Below, one piece after another: positions 36,130 to 48,434 of a DNA stretch of 64,000 nt. A program made the position numbers and the translations under genes. The stretch covers positions 3,040,001-3,104,000 of the forward strand of contig NC_058369.1 in assembly GCF_018350175.1 (NCBI RefSeq). Direction: 5' to 3'. Under the pieces are notes generated by a model. The model saw only the letters and a program-made list of their open reading frames with translations, was not told the origin of the DNA and searched no databases. This DNA is from Felis catus. Taxonomy: Eukaryota. Numbering within the stretch: the first letter of the stretch is position 1; each line of letters starts with the position of its first letter.

Positions 36130-36535
36130 TTGCTGGCACCTGCTATATAACAGGGAACCACAGGCTGGGCGCCACAGGACAGCTGAGGCACATACTCTCT
36201 CACGTCTGGAGACCGCACGTCCACAGTCAAGGCGTCAGCAAGGCCAGGCTCCCTCCAAAGACCCCAGGGAAGGATGTGTTCCTGGCCTCTCTCCTCGCCT
36301 CCGGGAACCTCGGGGGCTCCCTGGCTTGCAGACCGACGGCCGTCTCCCTGCCTTCCCCCCGTGCAAGTCGGTCTCTGTGTCCAAAGGCCCCCTTCTTATG
36401 AGGACAGCAGTCATATCGGAGTAGGGGTCCACCCGACTCCAGGATGACCTCACGGTCACTTCACTAAGGACATCTTCAATACCCGTATTTCCCAGGAAGG
36501 TCATGTTCTGGGGTACCGGAGATTAGGACTTGGCC
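36130..36535 (-). mobile_element. MLT1-type ERVL-MaLR solo LTR
   Basis: gtcaaggcgtcagca..ttcttatgaggacagcagtcatatcgga..ggatgacctca..tatttcccaggaaggtcatgttctg..gattaggactt. Confidence 0.75.
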
Positions 36536-36794
36536 ATGGTGCGTGCGTGCGCAAAAACACCTCCACCTACCCAGCTAGCTAGCTCTCCCCTGTTGTGTTT
36601 ACCAGCGACCTGAGTAAAGGTGCTGACGTGCCGAAGGCTAGTGATCGGCCGTTCGGGAGACGCGTCTGGAAGAACAGAGAGAGACCTGGATCCAGGGTAG
36701 ACGACGCAAAACAGCCAAATAAACAGAAGGTCTCCTGGGAGGGCCGTAAAGGTCTGGGCACATTCTCAAAAGCCAGCTGAGCAAACGGAGACGA

Positions 36795-36908
36795 GATGTT
36801 CAGTCTGGGCAGGTGAGAAAGTTCTGGAGACGGGTGGTGGGCATGGCTACATCAGTGTGGGAGTATCTGATGCCGCTGAGCTGCACCCTGAGAAAAGGTT
36901 GAAAGTGG
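36795..36908 (+). mobile_element. L1MB 3' end fragment, copy B3 (lacks the B1/B2 shared core changes)
   Basis: ttcagtctgggcaggtgagaaagttctggagacgggtggtgg..tgatgccgctgagctgcaccct. Confidence 0.6.
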
Positions 36909-36909
36909 T

Positions 36910-37130
36910 GGGGCGCCTTGGGGGGGCTCAGTCGGCTGGGCGCCCGACTTCGGCTCAGGTGGTGATCTCACGGTTCGTGGGTTCCAGCCCCGCGTCGGGC
37001 TCTGCGCTGACAGCTCAGAGCCTGGAGCCTGCTTCGGACTCCGTGTCTCCCCCTCTCACTAAGCCTCCCCTGCTTGTGCTCTGTCTCTGCCTGTCTCTCA
37101 AAAATAAATCAACGTTAAAAAAAAAAAAAA
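36910..37130 (+). mobile_element. Can-SINE
   Basis: ggggcgcc..gctcagtcgg..ctcaaaaataaatcaacgttaaaaaaaa. Confidence 0.92.
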
Positions 37131-37609
37131 GAAACTCAAAACCAATAGCATAGCTGGGCTTCTGAAAAAGCTAATGTGATTTCAGGTCATAATATTGGAG
37201 GTCCAGTGCTCAGCCCAAGGGAGGTGGTGGTCTCACCAAACCCATTCGGGGACAAGACCAAGATGGGGAAGGGAGACAGGAAGCCACGTCCCACAAGGAA
37301 AGACAGACAGACTGACAGCCAGGCCTACCTCACCGGGGTTCTCTGTGGGGCTGACCTGCGGAGGCCGGGATTGATTCTGGGGTGGACCAGAGGGAGGGAT
37401 AACAGACCAGCTCGTGTCCCATCTGAGCCTCCGCCCGCTGCCCGGCCTGGCCAGCCGTGCTGGGTCTGGTCCGCTCACGGTCCGCTCTGGCCCCAGGCAG
37501 GCAGATGAGTTCCACAGTTCTGATTCCATCTAGCTCCAAAGCGCCCAACAGGGTTGCTGAGGCCTGAGTCAGAGAATCCAGAGCAAAGTTCGGTTCCTAA
37601 AATGATGTT

Positions 37610-38069
37610 GGTGTTTGTACAGCCGTGTTCACAGTGGCCAAAAGATGCAGGCAACCCGAGTGTCTGTTGATGGATGAGGGAAGAACACAGTGCGGTCCAG
37701 CCACACGCTGGAATATTCCTCAGCGCAGAAAGGAAGGGCGTCCTGCCGCCTGCCACCGCGTGGACGGACCCGGAGGCCGCTGGGTGCAGGGACAGGAGCC
37801 AGACACAGAAGGACACGTCCTGCGTGACCCCACGCACGGGGGGGGGGGTCCCCAGAGGAGTCCCGTCCACCGAGTCAGAGAGTGGATGGTGGGAGCCAGG
37901 GGTGGGGAGGCCGTGCTTCATGGGGGCAGGGTCTCAGTCTGGGGAGATGGAAGGTTCTGGAGACGGATGGCGGGGGCGGCTGCACGACAGTGAGTGCCCT
38001 TGATGCCCCTGAGCTGTGCGCTTGGAGATGGTGACGATGGTGACGTACGTGGATTTTACACAATAAAAG
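37610..38069 (+). mobile_element. L1MB (L1MB3-like) 3' end, copy B2 with GC-homogenised core
   Basis: gttcacagtggccaaaagatg..ggaatattcctcagc..ggttctggaga..ttttacacaataaaag. Confidence 0.75.
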
Positions 38070-39099
38070 TATCAGAGTTCGGCGCTCTCTCTCTCTCTCT
38101 CTCTCTGTCTCGTTCTATTAAGACTGAAAAAAGAAAAGCCAAACACATCAGGGTTCGGCTGCACAGAGGCCGCCCTTTTCTGTCCGCCCAGCAAGGGCAC
38201 AGACTGCTTCCTCCAACCACAGGGACGGGACGAGGGGCCGGCCTCTGGCGCCAGCCTTCGAGGGTCCTGCTGGGGTCGTGGTGCTGACTCCGTGGGCAGG
38301 GGCCCTGCGTGTCAGGTGCGCGGGCACCCGGAAGGCCTGGGGGCCGCCACCAGCCAGCCAGCCCCTCCGCAGGGGCTCCCGCGGTGGCCGGTAAAGCCTC
38401 CTCCCAGTCAGGCTCCTCCCAGATCCCGGGGCTCCTCCCAGAGGTGCTCCTGGGGAAGAGCTAACATTTAACCAGCCCGCCCGGGGTGGCCAAACCAGGT
38501 GTGCAAGTACCGGGAACACTTCAGTACTTGTTGGCAAATCGAGGCCGCGTGGAGCGCCCGACTGCCCCAGGCGCCCGGAGGCCTCCCCCGGCACAGCCCC
38601 TGAGCCTCACAGGGGAAATCTTTCCCGAGCAGCAGCCTCTGAACTCTCAGCGGCTGGGGAGATGCCTGGCCCATTTGTACCTCGGGGAGGGGTGGGGGTG
38701 GGGGGCTAGTGCACCTCACTTAGGCAGTTTAGACTTGGTCTGGGAGCTAGAGGAAGGCGGGTTATTCTGGCCCTCCCGCTGTCCCTTACACCACCTTGCC
38801 GCTCAGTATTCCTACCTGTGCAATGGGCCCTTGCACCTAGCTCTGGCCTCTCTCTCCACCTGCGTCCTGGCCTCCTGGATGCCCCCCTCGCTCCCAGGCT
38901 GGATGGGGACCCCCTGGGGCCTCTCAGAACCTCGACAGAGCGCTCCAGCGCTCGGGGTGGCCAGCCTGCCTGCCTTTGGGGCCTGGGTCACGGCTCAGTC
39001 TCTGCGGCTCTCTCCCCGGCCTGGCCCCACACTGTAAGAATTTGCTTAGGGCGGTGGGTCACGTGAGTCAGGCTGCTATCCCCACCCGCCTACCCCCAC

Positions 39100-39296
39100 C
39101 CCACTCCCTCCCGCCTGGGGGGGGGGCATTAGTGGTTGTGACCCTAAGGGGTGGCTCCCGGCTTGGAGGGTTGGAGCCAGGGATGCTGCTGAGCCCCCCA
39201 TGACGTTCAGGCCACCCCCTTCTACCCCCCCCCCCCCCCCCCCGGAGAATGATGCGGCCCCAAACATCCACGGTGCTGAGGGCGAGAAACCCTGGC
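39100..39296 (+). mobile_element. MER20-like relic
   Basis: gagccagggatgctgctgag..gagaatgatgcggccccaaacatccacggtgctgagggcgagaaaccctg. Confidence 0.65.
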
Positions 39297-40671
39297 CTGG
39301 ATCTAACTTCAATCCTGCCTGCTGCTAAGCGCGCCTGGGGCCTCTCCCTCTGGGTGCTCGGCAGGAGGATAAAGCGCTGCCCCCTGGCTCTCCGCGACCC
39401 GGGACTTGAGCCCCCTTGCTGCGCTCTGCCCCCTCTGCCGGAGGGAGGCGGCCGGTCTCCGCTCTGGGGGCCCCTGCTCTCCGTCCGTGCGATGGGCCCG
39501 AAGCCGGGCGGTGACGGGACGCCTCAGGGAGGGGCCCCGTGGGTCGGCTTCGCCTCCGTGACCCCAAGGGGACGAGGCCGGGTCCTGGCCCTGCGCCCCC
39601 CACCCCCTGGGAGGCGGCGGGCAGAGGAGAGCAGGCCGCGGGGGGCGGGGGCGGGCGGCAGGACGAGGCCGCACTTCTGGTCCGAGTTCTTTCTTTTTTT
39701 AAAATCAGCGCAGTTGAACGCCAGGCTCCGCCCTCCATCCGGCGCCTGCCACGTGGGCCGCCCGGCAGCCGCCCCTGTCCCCCGGCCCTCCTGGGGCTGG
39801 CCCGGCGGGCTGAGGCTTCGGTTTCACTTTGCTGTCACCGGACTTCACTTTCGGGCAGAGCCACAGCGGCGGAACGAGGGGTGGAGAGAGCACGGGGCGG
39901 CCGTCAGGTACAGGGTCCCGCCGGGCGCCACCTGCAGCTCCCTCTCCCGAACCTCCGCCGCCCCCCCCCGCCCCCCACTCTTGGGGTCAAGGTCAAGGGG
40001 TCAAGGTCAAGTTCTCCACGTGACCTCGGGCGGGGCGGGCAACCTCCTCCCTCCCGGCTCCTGCCCCCACGCCCGCCGCCTTGAAGTGGGGCCGAGAGTC
40101 ACGTCCACCAGAGAACGCCAAGGACAGCCCCGCGATGTCCCCAGTGGGAGCCGGTGGGGCGGGGTGCAAGGCAGAACAGGATGTCATGTCAGCTGACGTC
40201 ACCCAGCAAGGGACCCTTGGCCCAGAAACCGCTAGGAAGGAGGCTCCATGTGGTCTGAGACCCGGCCTGGATGTGTGTGCTGGGGGGGAGGGAGGGGAGG
40301 ACAGTGTCCCCGAGGCCACCTGCCACCACGGCATCTGTCTGGCAGCCCCAGGCTGGCGGCCCAGCTGCTCTGCTTGCTTTCTGACACACCTGCCTGTCTC
40401 GGGGACTCGGTGTTTTTGTCTGTGAAATGGGCGTGGCCTTGTGCCTCAGTCCCACCCGCCTCACCCAGGACCCTGCGGCCCTTCTGCGGAGTCAGGGGGT
40501 CCACAGCCCGGGAACAGAGCCACTGCCTTCCCAGCCAGGGAGGAACCGGGCCGTCACCTCTCCCCCCGCAGCTCAGGGCCCAGGGCCTCCTGGAGGACTC
40601 GCCAGACAGGACCGGGGAGTCACCTGAGGCTCCGGCAGGATAGAGCGTGAACCAATGGGAGAGGGTGGCTT

Positions 40672-41218
40672 GCTTTTTTAATAACAGCTTTATTGAGATA
40701 TAATTCACATACTGTACAGCTCACCCACTTCAAGAGTACAATTCACTGGTTGTTAGTACGTTCACGCGTTCACAGAGCTGTGCAACCGCCACCACTAATT
40801 CTGGAACATTCCATCACTCCAAAAGCAGCCCTGTCCTCATTAGCTGTCATCCCCACCCCACCCCCGGCCCCCGGCCCCCACGAGCCCCCTTCCCGTCCGT
40901 GGATGAGCCCGTCCTGGACGTTTCACACACGCAGACCCACGCCCCGCGTGGCCTCTCGTGGCCGGTTCCCTCCCTGAGCGTCGTGTGTTCGGGGTCCGTC
41001 CGCGGGGCGGCGGGGGTGGGCGCCTGGCTCCCGCTAGAGGCCGAGGGACGTGCGCGTGCGCGGGGGACACGTGCATCTGTGGACGTGCGCGTGCGCGGTG
41101 GATGCACCCGAGGGGCGTGCGCGTGCGCGGTGGACGCACCGTGTGTACCTGTTTTTCAGCTGCTGGACGTCTGGACTGTTTCCAGCCCGGGCTACCGTGA
41201 ATCATGCTGCTGTGAACG
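40672..41218 (-). mobile_element. L1MB 3' end, copy A3 with GC core 40869-41140
   Basis: ttttaataacagctttattgagatataattcacatac typical L1MB terminus; GC core internal. Confidence 0.85.
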
Positions 41219-41777
41219 AGGGCAGGTGTTGAGGTGACCAAAACAAAGTGTTGATGAGAGCGTGTCCGCCCACAGTGAGTGATATTCGGGGACCCTGCGT
41301 TTTGTGGGGTGAGGGGCACCCAGGGGAGGTGCCCTGGCACCCAGGCTCTCCAGGTCTCTGCTGGGCTCCGGGGAACCCCTTCCCTGCCCTCTAGGTTGGC
41401 CCGGCCGTGAACCCGGAAGGTCCCCGCTGAGGACACCAGAGGCTCCCGGAACCTCAGGGGCTGGCGGACACAGGGCAGGGGCCAGGCGGGCCGGAAAGCG
41501 GTCCCTTCCCTGTAAGGCAGAGGGTTGCAGGGCTATGGTGAGCTGAGCAGACCAAAGGGAGAGGTGGGGAAGGGAGGGGAGAGGCCGGGAGGGGAAAGAG
41601 GGTGGCACAGGGGTTTCCTCCTAGCCCACGTGGGCCGGTGGCCCCCCTGCACCTGTGCCTGTGTCCTGCCCCACCTTGGGCACGGAGTCCCCAGGCAGGG
41701 AAGGAGACAGAGAAATCACAGTTACAGTGTCCGATTCCGTCATCCGGGAGCCACCTGCTAGTTGTTTGTTTGTTTGT

Positions 41778-42250
41778 TAATTTTCTTTAATGTTTATTTT
41801 TAAAAACTCTTCTAATATTTATTTATGTTAGAGAGACAGAGACAGACAGAGCGCAAGTGGGGGAGGGGCAGCAAGAGAGGGAGACACAGATTCTTTTTTT
41901 TTTCAACATTTATTTATTTTTGGGACAGAGAGAGACAGAGCATGAACGGGCGAGGGGCAGAGAGAGAGGGAGACACAGAATCGGAAACAGGCTCCAGGCT
42001 CTGAGCCATCAGCCCAGAGCCCGACGCGGGGCTCGAACTCCCGGACCGCGAGATCGTGACCTGCCTGAAGTCGGACGCTTAACCGACTGCGCCACCCAGG
42101 CGCCCCGAGGGAGACACAGATTCCGAAGCGGGTTCCAGGCTCTCAGCTGTCCGCGCAGAGCCCGACGTGGGGCTCGAACCCGCGAACCGTGAGATCATGG
42201 CCTGAACTGAAGTCAGCCGCTTAACCGACTGCGCCCCTCGCAGGCTCCCC
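41778..42250 (-). mobile_element. Older Can-SINE interrupted by a younger nested Can-SINE (41894-42106)
   Basis: Perfect 17-bp TSD GAGGGAGACACAGATTC at 41877-41893 and 42107-42123. Confidence 0.93.
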
Positions 42251-42439
42251 GCCTTTGATGTGGGGTAAGACAGGGAACAGCTTTTTGATGTGGGGTAAGA
42301 CAGGGAACGGCACACCCAGGCGATCACCCAGGCATGCCTCCCCACCCCCAACCTCAGGTCCCCCGCCTGGGCCTTGCTAACCCCCCTCCCAGGTCCTGGT
42401 GCCGAGACCCCGCCCCTCGGTGGACCGGCCGGAAACCCA

Positions 42440-42790
42440 GCCCCGATCCAGGTGTCATCCGCAGGGAGACTGAGTACCAGGTCTGCTCGTGTGCTCAGTG
42501 GCCACTTGGACGCCATCATCCTCTGCCCGCTTTTTCGTTGGGAAAACTGTTGGTTGTCCAGTCGTAAGGACGCTTGCTTCGCACATCCTTACAACTAGAC
42601 CCGCCTCCCGTGTACAAGATTTGCAAATATTTCCTCCCACTCTGTGGGCTGTCTCTGGATGGTGCCCTTTCATGCACCAAGTTAGTTGTGATCAGTCCAA
42701 GTTCACCTGTTTTTTTTCTCCTGCTGCCCGAGTCATGTACGTATCACGGTGAAGAGCCCGCCAGCAAGTCCCAGGCCACAAAGACGGGAG
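42440..42790 (-). mobile_element. L1M ORF2-end fragment
   Basis: gatttgcaaatatttcctcccactctgtgggctgtct..gtccaagttcacctgttttt. Confidence 0.7.
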
Positions 42791-45422
42791 ACGGAAAAAT
42801 CACACCAGCAGTGGTGCTGAAGGTTCCCCGGAAGGTCTGGCGGCCCTTGAGGGTGGAGGTGGGGGTGGGGGGAGGGGAGAGGGGAGAAGGGGAAGGAGAA
42901 GGCTGTCCTGAGCCGGGATGTTTGTCCTGAGCCTGAAGTTTGAGCAGGATTTGGGGGCGGAGAGGGGTGACGGAAGAGAGAACCTTCCAGAACCGGGGAA
43001 CAGCAGGTGCAGACAGGGAGGCCAGAGTGAGTGAGAGATTTGCTCTTCCTCTCCCCCCTCCCACCTCTCTCCCATCCTCATCCCCAGGACCCCTGGGCAG
43101 CCCCTGCACCTGCACCCTGGGTCCCCGGGGAGGGGGGCAGCTGGCATGAGGGTGCTGACGTGGCTGTGCTTAGAGAGCTTCTGGGTCCCCGTGGAAAAAT
43201 CCAAGCCCGTCACTGGAAGAAAGGAGCGGGGTGTCAGGACAGCGGTGTGGAGACTGACCCCTGCACGAGCTTGCACGTGAGTGGAGGGGGGAATGCAGCC
43301 ACCTGGGGCGGGGAAGCAGGGGAGACGCCTTGGCCTTGAGAAGGTGAATTCTGAGCAGATGCCCACCAGTCAGTGAGCAGGAACCGGGCAGGCGCAGAGG
43401 GAACGGAGTGTGACAAGGCTCAGAGGGGAGCAGAACGGGGACCGTGGGGGCAGCGGACAGCGGTGCCGGTGGGCTTGGTCTTTCGGGGGGCAGGGAGGAC
43501 GGGACAGCTTCTCAGGAGCCGGCCTTGACTTCCACACGAGGCAGGCCCCCTGGACCAGGGTATTTGTGGAGGGACGGACCTCAGGGCTGGGCCCCAGGGG
43601 AGGACGAGGGGGGGTCTCCAGTCCAAGGCCTTGCCCTTGGACCCAATCAGAGGTCCGGCCCCCTGTCAATCCATGAATGTCCCCTCCGGCACAGTTGGCA
43701 GGGCCCCCAAGGGGACGGCCACCCTTGGGACTGGACCCCCGTGCTGGGCTCTGTGCATCGTGTTCCCCGTTAACTCGTCTTCCTGAACCCCTTCGTGTGA
43801 CACGACCGCCTGGCTCGCGGGCGGCAGCCGGCCCTGGCACGAAGCACCGGTGTCTTGGCCAGACGTCCAAGCGACCTGGCTCCCCACTCGGCACCCACCC
43901 AGTCTCGTGCCCAAGGCCAGCGGGACGTTGACACGGCAGCCGCTGTCCCGGCCTCCTTGTGTCCCACCACAGCGACGGAGATGAAAGGGTCAACGCCAGG
44001 CACAGTGGGGGCCTCGTGACCCCAGGTTCCTTCCCACGTCTACTGGGGAGTGGTCACTGCTCTGCTGGACAGTCGTGAAATATTCTGAACCTCGTCTCCC
44101 TGCCTCGCCCCCCGCCAGGCCCATCTCCAGGGCCCGTGTTCTAGGGCCCCACTGCCCAGCTTTGCTCCCTGCTTGGGGGGGGGGGCCCTCCCTGCCCCCG
44201 AGGGCCCTCGGCGACCCTCGTGTGTAGCCAGTTCTCGGAGAGAACAGCCAGTCCGTGGGGTTCTGCCTCGCTTTGCCTTCAGGCTGGAGGGCGCTGGGAG
44301 TTGCGTCCAGCTCTGTGGCCGGGCCGTGGACCCCACCGCAGAGCAGCCTGGGGAAAAGACGGTGACCGAGTGCGGAGCAGGCAGGATGGCCGGGGTTTGG
44401 CCCCGGGCCAGGTTGGACCCTCCACATGGGTCCCAGGTCACCTTGGGCAAGTCGCGCAGCCTCCGTGGGGGTCAGAGAGGAAGGACAGGGGTCCCGAGAG
44501 CTGCTGAACGTGTCGCCCACGTTATGGGGTGCGGCCGGGGTGAAGGGAGAGGGTCTGCTCTTTCCTGGGGGAGGGGCAGCCTGGGTTGACCCCGTGCGGG
44601 TGGGGCGGGGAGCCAAGGGAGGCTCCCCGGGGGGGCAGGACCCTCCCTGAGGCCACTGAGCTGGGGGGGGGCAGCAATGCGGTGGGGCTCCCGGGGTCCC
44701 GCGGCCACCACCGTGGGGTGGGTGTCTCACGGGAGGAGCCGGGGCTGCAGGCCGAGGTCCCTCCCTCACCTGGGGCCTCTGGTTCTCCAAGTCCTTCCCT
44801 CTGGGGCCCCCCTCCGTCCCCTGGGAAGGCCGGGCAGAAACCCGAGACTGAGCCTCGGCCCGGTTCAGGCAGCCGTGGGGCCCAGGCCTCTCCCTCCGGC
44901 CCTCCTTCCTCCTCCTTCCTCCTCCTCGGAGCCGGCCCTGCGTTGCCATGGGGATGGCCGGCCAGGCAGGTCCTCCCCCCACCTGGCCTGGGGCGCGCAC
45001 ACCTGGTCAGCTCCGAGCCCGGGAGGGGGGCGGGCCGGGCCCCTTCCCCTTCCGCCCCCCCCCACCCCGCGGCGGACCCCGCTTTCTGGGAAACCCTGTC
45101 ACAGTTTCCTCTGACCTCTGTTAACCCGGAGTCCGAGGCCCACAGAGGGAGGCCGAGTTCCGCCTCTGACCTGAGGCTTCCTGCCGGGGGCACACACCTC
45201 CACCCCGGCTGCTGGCTGAGCGCACTCCTCCGAACTCCCCACCTTCCAGAAGGTTCTGGGCCACCTCTGCCCACATCCCTCCTGCCACACGGCATCCCCG
45301 GCTGTGGACGCGGGAAGTCCAGGCAGGGCTGCGGGGACGCAGACGAGGCAGGCGCTGACCTTTGCTGGCTGGGCGACCGTGGCCTCTTGGACCGTCGAAT
45401 CGGGGAAGGGGTTGGGGCTGAA

Positions 45423-45628
45423 TCAGGCTCCCGCCCTGGGCAGTGTCCCCTGGGGTGGGTCGTTCCTGCAGAGGTCGGCCTGGGCGCTCTGGGGGCCGAG
45501 CAGCATCCCGGGCTCCCGACCCCCTCCCCCCCCATACCGGGAACACCTTGGTCATGACAACCACAGATGTCCCCAGACACCGCCCTGTGTCTCTTGGGGG
45601 GCAGGACTGCCCTAGGTGAGACTCCCTG
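45423..45628 (-). mobile_element. MER20-like relic
   Basis: gagcagcatcccgggctcc..catgacaaccacagatgtccccagacaccgccctgtgtctcttggggg. Confidence 0.65.
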
Positions 45629-45732
45629 GGTTAGGGGCCTCCACTGACCCCCCCCCCCCAGGAGACTGCCTTCCACGATCACGTGACCACTGAGGTCCTG
45701 GGGTACTGTGCCCCTTTAAATGCACACACTGA

Positions 45733-45818
45733 GGGGCTCAGTCGCTGGAGCAGGAGCCTCGTGGTCTCGGGGTGGAGAGTTCGAGCCCCACGTGGAGCTG
45801 GCTTAAAAATAAATAATA
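45733..45818 (+). mobile_element. Short tRNA-derived carnivore SINE relic
   Basis: ggctcagtcg..gagttcgagccccacgtgg..cttaaaaataaataa (A box, B box, tail). Confidence 0.6.
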
Positions 45819-48434
45819 CACACACACAGACGCACTGAGTGGGCAGGAGAGGGGTGAGTCACGCGGGGCTCACCCTGGCTCGCACCGTCTGACCCCTCAG
45901 GGATCGACCCTGAGGTCCCGTGGGAGCAGGGCCCGGACTCTGTAACAGAGGGTCTCCCTCCCCTCACCCGCCGCTGGCCACCGTGGCCATTCGCGACCCT
46001 GCTCCGCGGGGCGCCCCGGGCGCTACTGGGCAGCGGCCTCCCCGGCCCCCACCTCCCGTGGGACGACCACAGGCGTCCCAGGCGTGGCCCTGTGGCCCCG
46101 GGTTGAGGGGCCGGGGTCATCCCCATGGAGAGCTGGGCCTGTGCTGCCCAACACCGCCCCGGGCTGCGGGTGGCACCGGCACCGACACGTGCCGGGTCCG
46201 AGATGTGCGGTGGAGGGCAAGACACCTGCCAGGTCCCCAAGACCTCGTGGCGGCGGGGGAGGGGAGAGGAGCATGTCAAAGACCACGTTCTCCCATCGCG
46301 GCCACGAGGTAAAACGGCGACGTTCTGCCTACGGTGGGGCCAATCGAACAGACCCTGCAGTTACCTTCCCGTTTGTTTCCCGGGCGTGGAGCGCGGCCGG
46401 GAGGTTAGGTCTCCCAACCGCGTGACGTGCGCGGGGCCACCGGGACCCCGCACACCTCCTTCTGCTCCGCCCTGCGGGCCCCGGGGCTCCTCACACCGGG
46501 AAGGGGACGCGGACCGCAGGGCTGGACGGAGCGGGACCGGAGGCGCCAACGCCGCGGGCGAGAGCCCGGCTCTCCGGGGACGTAGCGGACGGCGCGCGTG
46601 CCCGCGTGCGGTACGGCTCCTGCGGAGGAAGACATCCAGCCGGCAGAGGCCTCCGCGCCAGCGGGCCCCCCGCTCGGGATTTTCTTCCTCCAAACCAAGC
46701 GCCAAAAACCAAAAGTGGAGAAAACACAAAACCGCAAGATCCCAAAACGCTTCCTTCCGTGACTGGTTTGTTTTTGGACCACGAGGTCAGACGGCGGGGG
46801 CGTCAGGGGTCACCGGCGTCGCCCCCGTGTGTCCACAGGAGCCCCGGACACGGAGGGGGTGTCCTTGTGCCGCTCCCGTACGGGCTGTGCCGAGTTCTCC
46901 AGGAGGAGCCAGGGGCCACGGCTGCGTGAACGGCTCCGTCTTGACGGGCCACGGACAGGCCTGGAAGCACCTGGACACCACCTCCTGCCCGGACCCCCAA
47001 GCCAGCGGCTCTTGAGTGTTCGAGGAGCCCGTCCCCTTGCGACAGGGACTGTCACCAGGTCTGTCTGGCGGCCAGTGGGGACTCTGGGCGCCTGCAGGGG
47101 ACGTGGGTCGGGGAGGGGACACTTAGGTCCCCAAGGCTCGGGCGAGCCCCCAGCTTTCCAGGAGCCTGGTCTGGGCAGATGGAGAGAAAAAGTGCCAGTT
47201 TCTCTGGTTCGGCCTCGGGTCCCCGCGGAGGGGAGGTCTCAGGGCGGCACCCACCCCTCTGGGGTCCTGACCCTGCAGGTTGCCCCGCTTTTGCATCAGC
47301 CTCCCTCAGCTCGTCGTCGACCCTGCGGGCCTCACCCCACCGTTTCCAAATCCCCCCCCAAGCCCTCGGGACCCGGTCTCTCAGTCCTTGAAAGGGGCCA
47401 GCCGTTAACGGGGGCCGGCCGGCCGCAGCCAGGCTGGGCGTGTGCGACACAAGGCCACAGAGGCCGCGGGTCAGACGCCCGCTGCCCGGATGCTGACCAT
47501 GTTCCCACCAGGCCCCACAGAGCGACACCGGTCGACTTCCGCTTATCTTTATTCTCCTCCCGACCAGGTGAGACTTTGGGGGATCTGGGAAGTGGACGAC
47601 CCTGAAAGCCGGTCGAAGGAGCCAGCAACCCGTCTCTCTGGTGTCCACAGGAGACGAGGGCTCCTCCTGCGATTCCCCGAAGCTGAGCGTCGGCTCGTCC
47701 CAGCCCGCGGGCAGTGTCCAGGGGAGCCCCCGGCTCCCAGCTCCATCTTCTCCGGGGCTCCGAGGACAGAAAGTCTCAGAAGCGGCTCCAGGGGCAGTGC
47801 GGCCGGGCCCCGACGGACGAGGAACTGGGACCACCTCCCTCTCCCGGCGGCTGCGGCTGACCCCGCGGATGGCCCGAGTGACCCGCCCTGGGCAGTCACT
47901 CCCGAATCTGGGAAAGCGGAGGGGACACGAGGAGCCACCTGGTCGCATCTGGCGGTGCGCAGGCTCGGGGACGGCACGGGCCTCGTCTGCCGGCTCCGCC
48001 GACAGCTTGGAAACCCGCCACGTCCTTTCTGCCAGGTGCCGGCTCGCTGCCGTGAAGTCAGAAGTGTCTGTCCCCTGAGCACGGGGCGGGGCTGAGCGGG
48101 TCCCTCCTGAGGCGCAGGTCACAGGACGCTGAGTGACGAGAGGCGGTGGGGAGGGCAGAGGGGCCGACCCCACGGCCACCTCCAGGGACAGTGCTGGGCG
48201 TCGGGGGCAGGGCGCCCCTCCCCGTCCGGTGAAGGACGCCGGTGTCCAGAGGTCCCCTCCGAGGCCGCGTCCCTTGGGAACAGAGCGAGGCCGGCTCCCG
48301 GTGCCACCCCCACCCCCTCCTCCCCCGGTGGGCGGCGGGCTCGGGGCTGGCGCTGCCCCCCCGGGCGGCTCTCCTGCCCCGGGACTGGGCCAGGGGCCGC
48401 CGCCCCAGAACGAATGGAACGAGTACGACGGGCA

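Noticed and set aside
44522..45682. Overlapping 320-390 aa intergenic ORFs
   Set aside because: Run through a MER20 relic; low complexity; no homology recognised.
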